Origin: Dehalococcoidia bacterium
GTDB lineage: Bacteria > Chloroflexota > Dehalococcoidia > UBA2979
Assembly (NCBI GenBank): GCA_965262725.1
Contig: OZ253555.1
Coordinates: forward strand, 3,136,001-3,200,000
Direction: 5' to 3'
Length of the DNA stretch: 64,000 bases
The translations under genes were made by a program, and so were the position numbers. The notes under the pieces were generated by a model that had not been told where the DNA came from, did not search any database, and worked only from the letters and a program-made list of their open reading frames with translations. The first letter of the stretch is position 1; every line of letters starts with the position of its first letter. Of this stretch, positions 49,719 through 58,003 are shown piece by piece.

Positions 49719-50684
49719 GTGTCCGCAGCGAAGGGGGGGAAGGCGGCGTCCCTGGCCGCGATCCGGGAGGAGTTCGCGGAGGAGGTGGTGCCCCAGAGAC
49801 GGCGCGTCCGCGCGGGCGAGCTCTCGCAGCGAGACTTCGGGCCGCTGCTCGAGGAGGCGCTCGGGCGCGCCGAGGAGCGCGCGGCGTCCAGCGGCATCGA
49901 GCCATGGGAGCTCTACGGATCCATCCTCGATGATCGCTCCATGCACTGGGTTGACCGCCGCCTCGCGGTCAACAGACTCCACGATCCGGCCGTCGTGCCG
50001 AAGTCCGAGGCTGCGGGGATCGCAGCGATGATCGAGGCCGTGCTCCTCGACCCGGCCACCCGCTACAACCTGATGCTGCACACCGTGATGGCGGCAGCCA
50101 TCCTGCGCGCCCACGACCCCGTCACGGCACTCTACGCAGTCTCGCGCGAGACGATAGACGCGGCCGTCGTCCCGTACGTGGAGCGAGGACTACCGGGAGA
50201 TGCCGGCTACGAGGAGCAGATGCGGAACCTGCGCCACTCGATGCACCTGCTCGCAACCGTGGCGCGGCTTGCGATGATCCATCCCGACGGCAAGAGACGG
50301 GCCGTCTCCGGCTCCTCCTACGCTTCGCTCCTCGCCGATCAGCTCGACCGCGTCATCGCGCTCTACGAGTCGAACCGCGAGACGATGGTCTCGCCGGAGT
50401 TGCTCGACGCGGAGCCCATCGGCCCCGGCGCCCGCGAGATCGACTTCGAGCCGGTACACATCATGGAGCACCTCGCGGAGGCGATGGAGGAGGTGGGACG
50501 TTCTGGTGACGACCGCCTCGTTGGCCTCTTCGCCAGGCGGGGCGTGCCGGCGATCTTCGAACGCCTCGACGCCGTGAGCGAGTCGCTCGGGCGCACGCCC
50601 CCGCGGGTCGAAGAGTACCGCGCGCAGGTGGCGGGCTTCCGCGCCGCTGTCAGAGACGCGGGAGAGGCGCGCCGCGCCGACTAG
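49719..50684 (+). CDS. Hypothetical, probably all-alpha protein (321 aa)
   Basis: Long protein-like ORF 4 nt after the hydrolase stop; no family recognised. Confidence 0.7.
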   Translation: MSAAKGGKAASLAAIREEFAEEVVPQRRRVRAGELSQRDFGPLLEEALGRAEERAASSGIEPWELYGSILDDRSMHWVDRRLAVNRLHDPAVVPKSEAAGIAAMIEAVLLDPATRYNLMLHTVMAAAILRAHDPVTALYAVSRETIDAAVVPYVERGLPGDAGYEEQMRNLRHSMHLLATVARLAMIHPDGKRRAVSGSSYASLLADQLDRVIALYESNRETMVSPELLDAEPIGPGAREIDFEPVHIMEHLAEAMEEVGRSGDDRLVGLFARRGVPAIFERLDAVSESLGRTPPRVEEYRAQVAGFRAAVRDAGEARRAD

Positions 50685-50807
50685 AGCCCGCAGAGCGACG
50701 CCGTCCACCCCTACCGGTGGTGACGACGCCGGCTCCTCGTCCGAAGCGTCCTCGTCACACTCGCTCGACGGGCCCTTCCCGCCGACCCGCTCCCCCATGC
50801 TCCCGCG

Positions 50808-51662
50808 TCACGACTCGCCCGGCGCAAGGCACGCCGCCGTCATCGGGCCCGCCTCGTCCGCGAACGCGGCGTACTGGCTCACGAGGCGCTCGACCTCGGG
50901 GGGGTAGGGGACAGCGGGCCATCCCTCGAAGAGAGCGGCCAGCTGCTCGGCCACGATGCGCAGCGTCTCGGCCGAGCCGACGAGCACGAGGGCGGTTCCG
51001 CCGCACGCCTCGCTGAAGGCGGCGACCGGCGCCGACGCCGCCGACGCCAGCTGGCCCGCGTCGCGAGCGATGGCACGAAGGAAGTCCGCCTCGTACTGCA
51101 TGCTGTTGCCGATGGCGGACCGTGCGATCAGGGCAATCCGGTCCGACGCCTCGTCCAGCGCGCCGATCCATGCGCGCACGGCTGCCGCGTCCGCGCTCTC
51201 GCCGCTCGCGTTCTCTGACTCCTCATCGACTCTGGCCTCAGCCGCGTCGTCGAGCCCGGGCAGGTACTCGTTGCTCACCCAGGAGTTGACGCCGGCCGCC
51301 TCGACGCGCGTCCAGCCGTCGCACTCGCCGACGCCGACCTCGACGACCACGAGCTCCGTGCCGTCGGTCCAGCCCCCGGCGACACGGGCATCGACCCGGC
51401 AGGCGGAGCGCAGGCTCACGCCGTCGCCCCCGGTTGCGCCGATCGTCACCACGGCGCCCACGAGCGACGCGGGCGCGGCGTCTGGGACCTCGGCCGAGCC
51501 AGGCTGCGCGGTGGCCTCGGGCACGCCCGCTCCGAACCTGGAGTCATCCAAACGAACCGCGAGTTCAGCGAGCTCGGGGGGCGGCGCCGTGCTTCCGTCT
51601 CCGCACGCAGCGAGGACGACGACGCCCAGCACAAGAGGCAGGAGACGGCTCAGGCGACCCAT
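50808..51662 (-). CDS. Lipoprotein with SH3-like domain
   Basis: LAAC lipobox; GDGVSLRSAC...GWTRV...WVSNEYL. Confidence 0.7.
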   Translation of the reverse strand: MGRLSRLLPLVLGVVVLAACGDGSTAPPPELAELAVRLDDSRFGAGVPEATAQPGSAEVPDAAPASLVGAVVTIGATGGDGVSLRSACRVDARVAGGWTDGTELVVVEVGVGECDGWTRVEAAGVNSWVSNEYLPGLDDAAEARVDEESENASGESADAAAVRAWIGALDEASDRIALIARSAIGNSMQYEADFLRAIARDAGQLASAASAPVAAFSEACGGTALVLVGSAETLRIVAEQLAALFEGWPAVPYPPEVERLVSQYAAFADEAGPMTAACLAPGES

Positions 51663-51799
51663 CGTGCTCACTCCCGATCCGCCCCCTCCACCAGTTGTCG
51701 CCGCTCCGCGCGCTCGGAATTGACGCCGGCCGGGCGACCGCGCCACCGCCGGCTGCCGGGGAGACGACTGCGTTCCGATCGGCTCCGCGATCGGAGCAG

Positions 51800-51857
51800 T
51801 GGCGGAGGGGGTGGGATTCGAACCCACGGTGCGTCGAAACACACGACGGATTTCAAG
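51800..51857 (-). repeat. Displaced tRNA-Ser 3' half (distal att site)
   Basis: Identical to 58004-58061 except G51833 vs A58037. Confidence 0.95.
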
Positions 51858-51973
51858 TTCGCAGGCAGTCGTCCCAGCATGTGCCCCCACGTCGCCTTGG
51901 CGCCCTCTCTGAACTGACATTGGTTCACCCGCATGACGCCGAATCCCAGCTCATCCCCCCTCTTGCGTCACGT

Positions 51974-51992
51974 ATGCCTACGGGATGCCTAC
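51974..51992 (+). repeat. ATGCCTAC x2 (11-bp period), putative integrase arm sites
   Basis: ATGCCTACgggATGCCTAC; same pair at 57914-57932. Confidence 0.75.
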
Positions 51993-52466
51993 GCGGTTCG
52001 CGGTCTGAGCGAGAGTCGTTCACCTCCCGCATCGTCCACTACACACGCTCCGGCGGGCTGGTTGGCCGCATCGATGATAAGCCGATCCTGACCGCGCTCG
52101 GCGTCGTGCAGGTCAGGTTCTCCGATCGTGAGCAAGTCCGCTGGTGGATCCGTGCGATCTACTACATGTTCGTCGGGTGATAAGCCGTGTCGCTGTGGTT
52201 GCTAGTGGCGTGGGTGGCCAGCATCACAAGCCCTTCTGCTGCAACTGGCGTTCTGGATGCACGGGGCGACCGGTAAGGTGCAGACACTTCGCCGCTAGGA
52301 GGTAGAGGCTGAGGCAACTGATCGTAGACGGCGGGGCGCGCCCGATCTGCGCGACCAGCGCGAATATCGCGATCGGGATCACCTGCAACGTCGGTGCCGG
52401 GATCTCCGTCTCGACCTTCTGGCTGGCAGAGTCTGCTCCGGGGAGCGACTCGAAGAGGCGGCGGCG

Positions 52467-52788
52467 CACTTCTGGGCAAGCTCGCTTCTGGTTGGGGACG
52501 ACTACGGGCGGGCCCGCGTGCCAGTGCTCCCCGTGGTGCGGGAGAGCGGGAGGCAAAGCGGCAGATACTCCTCTTGCACGCTGCCGCTCGTGCCGCTGAT
52601 GCCCGTCGCCGGCGCCGTCGCCGAACTGCGCTGGATCTGCTTCGCGGCGGCGGGCGCCACCGGCTTCCTCTGGTACGCGCCGCGCTGGGGCGGCGGCCGG
52701 GCATCGAGGGCGCGCGCTGTTCCGCTTCTCCGTGATCTACCTGGCGCTTGCTCTTCGCCGCACGGCGGACCAGCTGCTGCTCGGCTAG
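52467..52788 (+). pseudogene. Heme o synthase (CtaB/CyoE) C-terminal remnant, several frameshifts
   Basis: Across frames: HFWASSLLVGDDYGRARVPVLPVVR / GEREAKRQILL / FLWYA / ARALFRFSVIYLAL..ADQLLLG*. Confidence 0.7.
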
Positions 52789-53023
52789 ACACAGCATGCG
52801 TGCGGAGACCCTGATGGCGGCGCTCGCTGGACATTCGGCCGGTCGCGTCCGGATCCTCCACGAACAGGACACACGTGCGGTATGGTCACCGGGCAGGAAG
52901 GCGCCGCGGGAATGTGGCGAATGCATGCGGGCGGCCAGGGCCGGCGGCCGCATCCGCCAGCTGACACTGGGCGTGCGCAGACACTGTGCTCGCCAACATC
53001 CATGACCCGGAGACGCGGATCTC

Positions 53024-54838
53024 GTGAACAGCCACGGCGCGCAACCAGCCATCGGGGACTACGGGCTGATCAGCGACCTGCACTCCGGTGCGCTCGTCTC
53101 GAGTGCGGGGTCCATCGACTGGTGTTGCTTCCCCAGGTTCGATAGCGCGGCGGTCTTCAGCCGCATTCTCGATTGGCAGCGCGGCGGGTATTTTCAACTC
53201 GCCCCGCAGGGCGTCCACACGACCGAGCGCCGTTATCTCCCCAACACGAAGATCATCGAAACCACTTTCCATGCGGACGGGGGGTCGGCACAGTTGACCG
53301 ACTGGATGCCGGTGCGCAGCGACAACCCGGAGGACCCGCGAGCCGTGGAGGCCAGCCAGCAGATCGTGCGGACACTCGAATGCACGAGCGGCGAGGTGCG
53401 GTTCAGCATGCGTTGCCGCCCCCGATTCGACTACGGAACGATCATCCCCCATGTGACGCTGAACGGGGAGCACGACGGCGTGGCTCATGGGGGTGCCGAT
53501 GCGCTGGCCGTCTACTGCAGCGCACCGATGCGCGACGTCGCCGATGACGGGTTCCTCGCGGATGGACGGCTCCGCAGCGGCGAGCGTGTGAGCGCCGTCG
53601 TCACGTACCAATCGCGCTCGTCGGCAGTCGCCGACGGCGATCTCGACAGACTGCTGGCGGAGACCCGCACGTTCTGGGAGGGGTGGGCCGCCGGATGCCG
53701 GTACGACGGTGCCTACCACGACGAGGTGATGCGATCCGCGCTCACGCTGAAGGCACTGACCTACGCGCCCTCCGGCGGGCTCGTTGCGGCCGTCACGACC
53801 TCCCTGCCGGAGGCGGTAGGGGGCCCGCGCAACTGGGACTACCGCTTCACCTGGATTCGTGACGCATCGTTCGCGCTCTACGCGCTCTCCATCCTCGGGT
53901 ACCGGGAGGAGGCCCGGCACTTCAAGAACTGGCTTGAGTGGAGCACCTCCGGGCGCGCGCGCGACCTCCAGATCATGTACGGCCTCGGCGGCGAGCGTCG
54001 GCTGACGGAAATCGAACTGCCGGAACTCGACGGCTACCGGGGCTCGAAACCGGTCCGTATCGGCAACGGCGCATACTCGCAGTTCCAGCTGGACATCTAC
54101 GGGGAAGTGATGGACTCGGCGCATCTCTACCGCATATTCGGCGGCGAGATGGACCCCGAGTACTGGGACTTCCTGCGGCACGTCGCCGCCTTCGTGATCG
54201 ACCACTGGCGAGAACCGGACGAAGGCCTGTGGGAGACGCGCGGTGGCCGCCAACACTTCGTCTTCTCCAAGGTGATGTGCTGGGTGGCACTGGACCGTGC
54301 GATCAAGGCCGCGCGCGCGCTCGACATGCCGGGCGACGTCGATCTGTGGGCGCGCGTGCGCGCCGAAATTCGCGACGAGGTGCTGACCCGCGGCTACGAC
54401 GGCGATCGTGGCGCGTTCGTGCAGGCGTACGGCAGCAAGAACCTAGATGCTAGCAACCTGCTGCTACCGCTCTTCGGGTTCATCGAGGCGACCGAACCGC
54501 GGATGGAGTCGACGATCCGGGCGATCAGCCGTGAACTGACGTCGCCAGAGGGCCTGGTGTACCGCTACCGCGGATACGAGGACGGGCTAGCCGGCGGTGA
54601 GGGGACGTTCACTGTCTGCACGTTCTGGCTGGCGGACAACCTGATCCTCCTCGGCGAGGTCGACCGGGCGCGAGAGATCTTCCAGACGTTGCTCAGTCAC
54701 GGGAACGACCTGGGGTTGTTCAGCGAGGAGATCGAGCCGGGAAGCGGCGAGATGCTCGGCAATTTCCCGCAGGCGTTCAGCCACATGGGACTGATCAATA
54801 CCGCCCGCAACCTCGACCGCGCGGAGTCCCCCGAGTGA
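53024..54838 (+). CDS. Glycoside hydrolase family 15 (trehalase/glucoamylase-like)
   Basis: IDWCCFPRFDS, TTSLPE..GG.RNWDYRFTWIRD, DEGLWE, LGNFPQAFSH. Confidence 0.93.
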   Translation: MNSHGAQPAIGDYGLISDLHSGALVSSAGSIDWCCFPRFDSAAVFSRILDWQRGGYFQLAPQGVHTTERRYLPNTKIIETTFHADGGSAQLTDWMPVRSDNPEDPRAVEASQQIVRTLECTSGEVRFSMRCRPRFDYGTIIPHVTLNGEHDGVAHGGADALAVYCSAPMRDVADDGFLADGRLRSGERVSAVVTYQSRSSAVADGDLDRLLAETRTFWEGWAAGCRYDGAYHDEVMRSALTLKALTYAPSGGLVAAVTTSLPEAVGGPRNWDYRFTWIRDASFALYALSILGYREEARHFKNWLEWSTSGRARDLQIMYGLGGERRLTEIELPELDGYRGSKPVRIGNGAYSQFQLDIYGEVMDSAHLYRIFGGEMDPEYWDFLRHVAAFVIDHWREPDEGLWETRGGRQHFVFSKVMCWVALDRAIKAARALDMPGDVDLWARVRAEIRDEVLTRGYDGDRGAFVQAYGSKNLDASNLLLPLFGFIEATEPRMESTIRAISRELTSPEGLVYRYRGYEDGLAGGEGTFTVCTFWLADNLILLGEVDRAREIFQTLLSHGNDLGLFSEEIEPGSGEMLGNFPQAFSHMGLINTARNLDRAESPE

Positions 54839-55020
54839 TGACTGCATCAACCCTTGCCTGAGGATTCAGCAGATGACCCGGCCAATCGGGAAGGCCACAC
54901 GGGAGTCTCACGCATCGAGTTTGCCCGTCCGTTGGGCTGCATTCGTCGGGCGAATGGCCCCAGAATGGCTCGCGCGGCACCGGCCGCAGGGCCCGCGGTC
55001 CCGATCGCAGGTTTGAATGG

Positions 55021-55068
55021 TGGCGACCCCGATCGGATTCGAACCGACGATCTCCACCGTGACAGGGT
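55021..55068 (-). repeat. tRNA-Asp(GTC) 3' half (att core)
   Basis: ACC-CT-GTC-AC-GGTGG AGATC GTCGG TTCGAAT CCGAT CGGGGTC G CCA; no D-arm or 5' acceptor strand. Confidence 0.85.
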
Positions 55069-55368
55069 ACTCAGGCCGATCCCGGCCCGTCGCTTCTGGT
55101 CCCTTCGCGAGCCATTTCGTACCTAACGATAAGGGCTTATGACAAGTCATGTCACCGCTCGTGCCCCCCCGTCCCAGGCCGTACCACCGAACACGGCCCC
55201 AAGATGGCCCCAAGATGACGGACGCGGGCGGCGGTGAGATCGTGATGATCACCCGCTCTGTCCCAGTGCGCGATGCCGAGGGCGTTTTGGTCATCATCAC
55301 CACCGACCTGCCCGTGGATGCCCCCACCCGGTAACGCCTAGCGCGCGGGCCTGCCGGCTCGCGGCATC

Positions 55369-55557
55369 ATGCTCGGACACTCCGACGTGCGGATCACCCT
55401 GAACACTTACACGCACGCCTTCGATGAGAACCGTCGTCGCGACGCGGAACGGATGGACGCTGCCCTCGGCGCCGAACGCCAATGTGACCGCGGGCGACAG
55501 GTCCAAGCCGCCACAGTCGATTCCAGGTCCAAGAAACGGTGGGGAGACGGGATTTGA
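55369..55557 (+). pseudogene. Tyrosine integrase extreme C-terminal remnant
   Basis: MLGHSDVRITLNTYTH (box II His and catalytic Tyr). Confidence 0.8.
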
Positions 55558-55576
55558 ACCGGCGACCTCCTGACCC
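55538..55576 (-). repeat. Degenerate tRNA 3' half, probably tRNA-Pro (att core)
   Basis: GGGTCAGGAGGTCGCCGGTTCAAATCCCGTCTCCCCACC; TTCAAAT T-loop and CTCCCC(G)ACC acceptor strand. Confidence 0.65.
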
Positions 55577-55636
55577 GCTGGCCGAATCCACCGACGGCTT
55601 GGGCCGAGATGCTCGTCCCATCTCGGGCGCTGGTCC

Positions 55637-55800
55637 TCATGTGAGGTCCGTGATGAAAGCGACTGCATCTGCCGCCCCGAGGATGTGATTGGCCGCGCAC
55701 TGTCCCTGCGCGGCGACGACTACGACCAAGCGTCCCTCGTCGTCGAGCACGCGCAGCCACGAGGCGATGTAGGCCGAGGACTGCTCGCCCGCGCTGCTCA
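55637..55800 (-). pseudogene. ArdC/DUF1738 zincin-like antirestriction C-terminal remnant
   Basis: EQSSAYIASWLRVLDDEGRLVVVVAAQGQCAANHILG. Confidence 0.7.
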
Positions 55801-55883
55801 ATCCGACCGGGAAGCGCGCCCTCGCCCTGCTCGGCGACTGACCCCGGATCGCCCCCGCCAACCTCAACGCCTGCTTCCCGCCG

Positions 55884-56034
55884 ATCCTCAGGGGAATCGC
55901 GGCGCTGCAGGGTTCGGCGGTGCACTACCGGATCAGGATCGGCGACTACCGGCTCGGGATAGAGATCGGGGACGGCGCCGGCCATCCTTGCCAGATTCGG
56001 GCATCGCCGCGACTTCTACCGAAGCTTCCGCTGA
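55884..56034 (+). pseudogene. RelE/ParE family toxin remnant (frameshift near 55980)
   Basis: LQGSAVHYRIRIGDYRLGIEI, then in the shifted frame AILARFGHRRDFYRSFR*. Confidence 0.75.
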
Positions 56035-56113
56035 TGCTCGCCTCGAGGTGATCGCGGCTCTCTGCGGCCGCGGCGTAGTATGAAGACAGGATGCTCGCCG
56101 GGGAGGATCACTC

Positions 56114-56371
56114 ATGATCGCAAGCGTGAAGGCCAGATATGCCAACGGCGTCCTCACGCCACTGGAACCGCTCGAGTTGGAAGAGGGCGAGGAGGTCACG
56201 GTGTCGATCGAAGGCGCGCCGGCGGAGCGTGGAGGTCTGGGCGCCATCGTGGAGGCGGTCAAGGAACTCCACAGGTCCATCCCTCCGGACGCGTGGGACG
56301 TTCTGCCGACCGACCTCGCGAAGAACAAAAAGCACTACCTCTACGGCCATCCCAAGGAGGAGGATGATTGA
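56114..56371 (+). CDS. DUF104/AF2212-like antitoxin
   Basis: VKARYANGVLTPLEPLELEEGEEVTVSI; GGAGG RBS; overlaps the PIN gene start. Confidence 0.85.
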   Translation: MIASVKARYANGVLTPLEPLELEEGEEVTVSIEGAPAERGGLGAIVEAVKELHRSIPPDAWDVLPTDLAKNKKHYLYGHPKEEDD

Positions 56372-56782
56372 GGTTGGTCTTCGCAGATGCGGGCTACTGG
56401 ATCGCGCTCTGGCATCCCAGGGACACGCTGCACCAAAGGGCGATGGCTGTAACGAAAAACCCTGGGAGCGGCTGCGGTCGTGACAACGCAGCTCGTCCTG
56501 GTCGAGGCGCTCGACGCCATGGCGGGCATGGGCGAATTCCGCCGGCGATTCGCAGCCCAGATGGTCCAGAGACTCGAAGATAGCCCGGACGTGGAGATCG
56601 TCCCGCAGACCGACGCCCAGTTCCGGGCTGCCGTCGAGCGCTACGTCGGCCGACCTGACCAGCGATGGAGCCTGACGGACTGCGCCAGCTTCCTGGTGAT
56701 GGAGGAGCGGAACATCACCGAGGCGCTGGCGCACGACCGGGACTTCGAGCAGGCTGGCTTCACCGCCCTGCTCAGGGGATGA
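56368..56782 (+). pseudogene. PIN/VapC toxin split by a 1-nt insertion in an A5 run (56455-56459)
   Basis: VFADAGYWIAL...LHQRA / VVTTQLVLVE...WSLTDCASF..M...ALAHDRDFEQAGF. Confidence 0.85.
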
Positions 56783-56815
56783 CCCGACCCGCGACCGGCC
56801 TTCCGGTATGAGCCC

Positions 56816-57496
56816 TTGAACATCCTCCACGCCTCCACCGACCCGGACCTGCTGACCCGACTGCGGGAGATGCTGGACAGCTCCGCCCGCGCCGACATCG
56901 CCGTCGGCTACTTCTTCATCTCCGGCTTCGGGCCCGTCAGCGAGGAACTGTCGACACTCGAGAAGGTGCGCATCCTCGTCGGGCGGGCCGACCGGCCCGT
57001 GCTGGAGGCGGTGGCCGCGGGGCTCCAGCAGCCGGACGCGCTGCGCGCGCGGCTCGCCACAGATGGGCTCGTGCAGCGGCGCGAACGCCCGGCGATCGCC
57101 CGGGATGCGGTGGAGCGCATCGCCGACGGCGTGGCCCTGCTGCCGCAGACCGCCGACTCCCAGCGCTCCGTCGCCTTGCTGCGCGACATGGTCGCCTCGG
57201 GGCGCGCCGAAGTGCGCGCCTACCGGCGCAGCCCGCTGCACGCGAAAGCCTACCTCTGCTGGTACGACGACCACACCGAGCCGGGCGCGGCAGTCGTCGG
57301 CTCCTCGAACCTCACGCTGGCCGGGTTCAGCGGGAACACCGAGCTCAACGTGCGCGTCACCGGCGACGCGGGGATGAGCGCCCTGCGCGAGTGGTTCGAC
57401 GCCCTGTGGGAGGACTCGGAGGATATCGGCGAGGAGCTTCGGCTTACCCCGAATCCACCGATCGACGCTCGAGGGCTCGCCGGAGACGGTGAATAA
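56816..57496 (+). pseudogene. PLD-like nuclease domain, probably the truncated N-terminus of a PLD-SNF2 helicase
   Basis: DIAVGYF..SGF, LHAKAYL, VGSSNLT.AG...NTELNV, WFDALW, then abrupt loss of similarity. Confidence 0.75.
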
Positions 57497-57752
57497 CCTC
57501 GCCAAACGGTGGGGTGCGCTGCGTGATCGGCTGGGGCTCACGGGCCTCAGGTTCCACGATCTGCGGCACACCAGCGCGACGTTGGCCCTTGAAGCCGGCG
57601 TACACCCAAAGGTTGTGCAGGAACGTCTCGGACACGCCAATATCGGAGTCACGCTCGACACGTATAGCCACGTGCTCCCCAACATGCAGCGCGAGGCGGC
57701 CGAGAAACTGGATGCGCTGGTGCCGCGTCCACGAGCGCGTGGCGCTTCGTAG
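57489..57752 (+). pseudogene. Tyrosine integrase C-terminal remnant (probable cognate of the tRNA-Ser island)
   Basis: RFHDLRHTSAT...GVHPKVVQERLGHANIGVTLDTYSH; N-terminal part missing. Confidence 0.9.
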
Positions 57753-57913
57753 GCACGCCGCATCCCCCTATCCGCACTCGGCAGGGAAAGCGCGCGGCTT
57801 CGGAATCTGCGGGTTGAAGCCCCGACGAGTGTGTCCGGGCGGCGGCCGCTGCCCCGGGACGTGCGCTCACGGTAGCCCGCCGCCGATCTGCGTCGGTGCC
57901 GCATTGGCCGCGA

Positions 57914-57932
57914 ATGCCTACGAAATGCCTAC
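57914..57932 (+). repeat. ATGCCTAC x2 (11-bp period), putative integrase arm sites
   Basis: ATGCCTACgaaATGCCTAC, 72 bp from the tRNA 3' end. Confidence 0.75.
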
Positions 57933-58003
57933 AACTGATCAGTCTCGTGATCACCGGAAGGGTGACGACGAACGCCCCGCAGAGGCCGTCGTAGATTCAG
58001 AAT

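Noticed and set aside
55149-55334. Small ORF MSPLVPP...TDLPVDAPTR
   Set aside because: Overlaps the putative arm repeats and has no recognisable motif; cannot be supported as a gene.
55021-55576. Asp and Pro-like sequences as functional or split tRNA genes
   Set aside because: No 5' halves, D-arms or complementary leader sequences are visible; the integrase context indicates att cores.
56451-56465. Programmed -1 frameshift in the PIN gene
   Set aside because: The required shift is +1 and no canonical slippery heptamer with downstream structure is evident.
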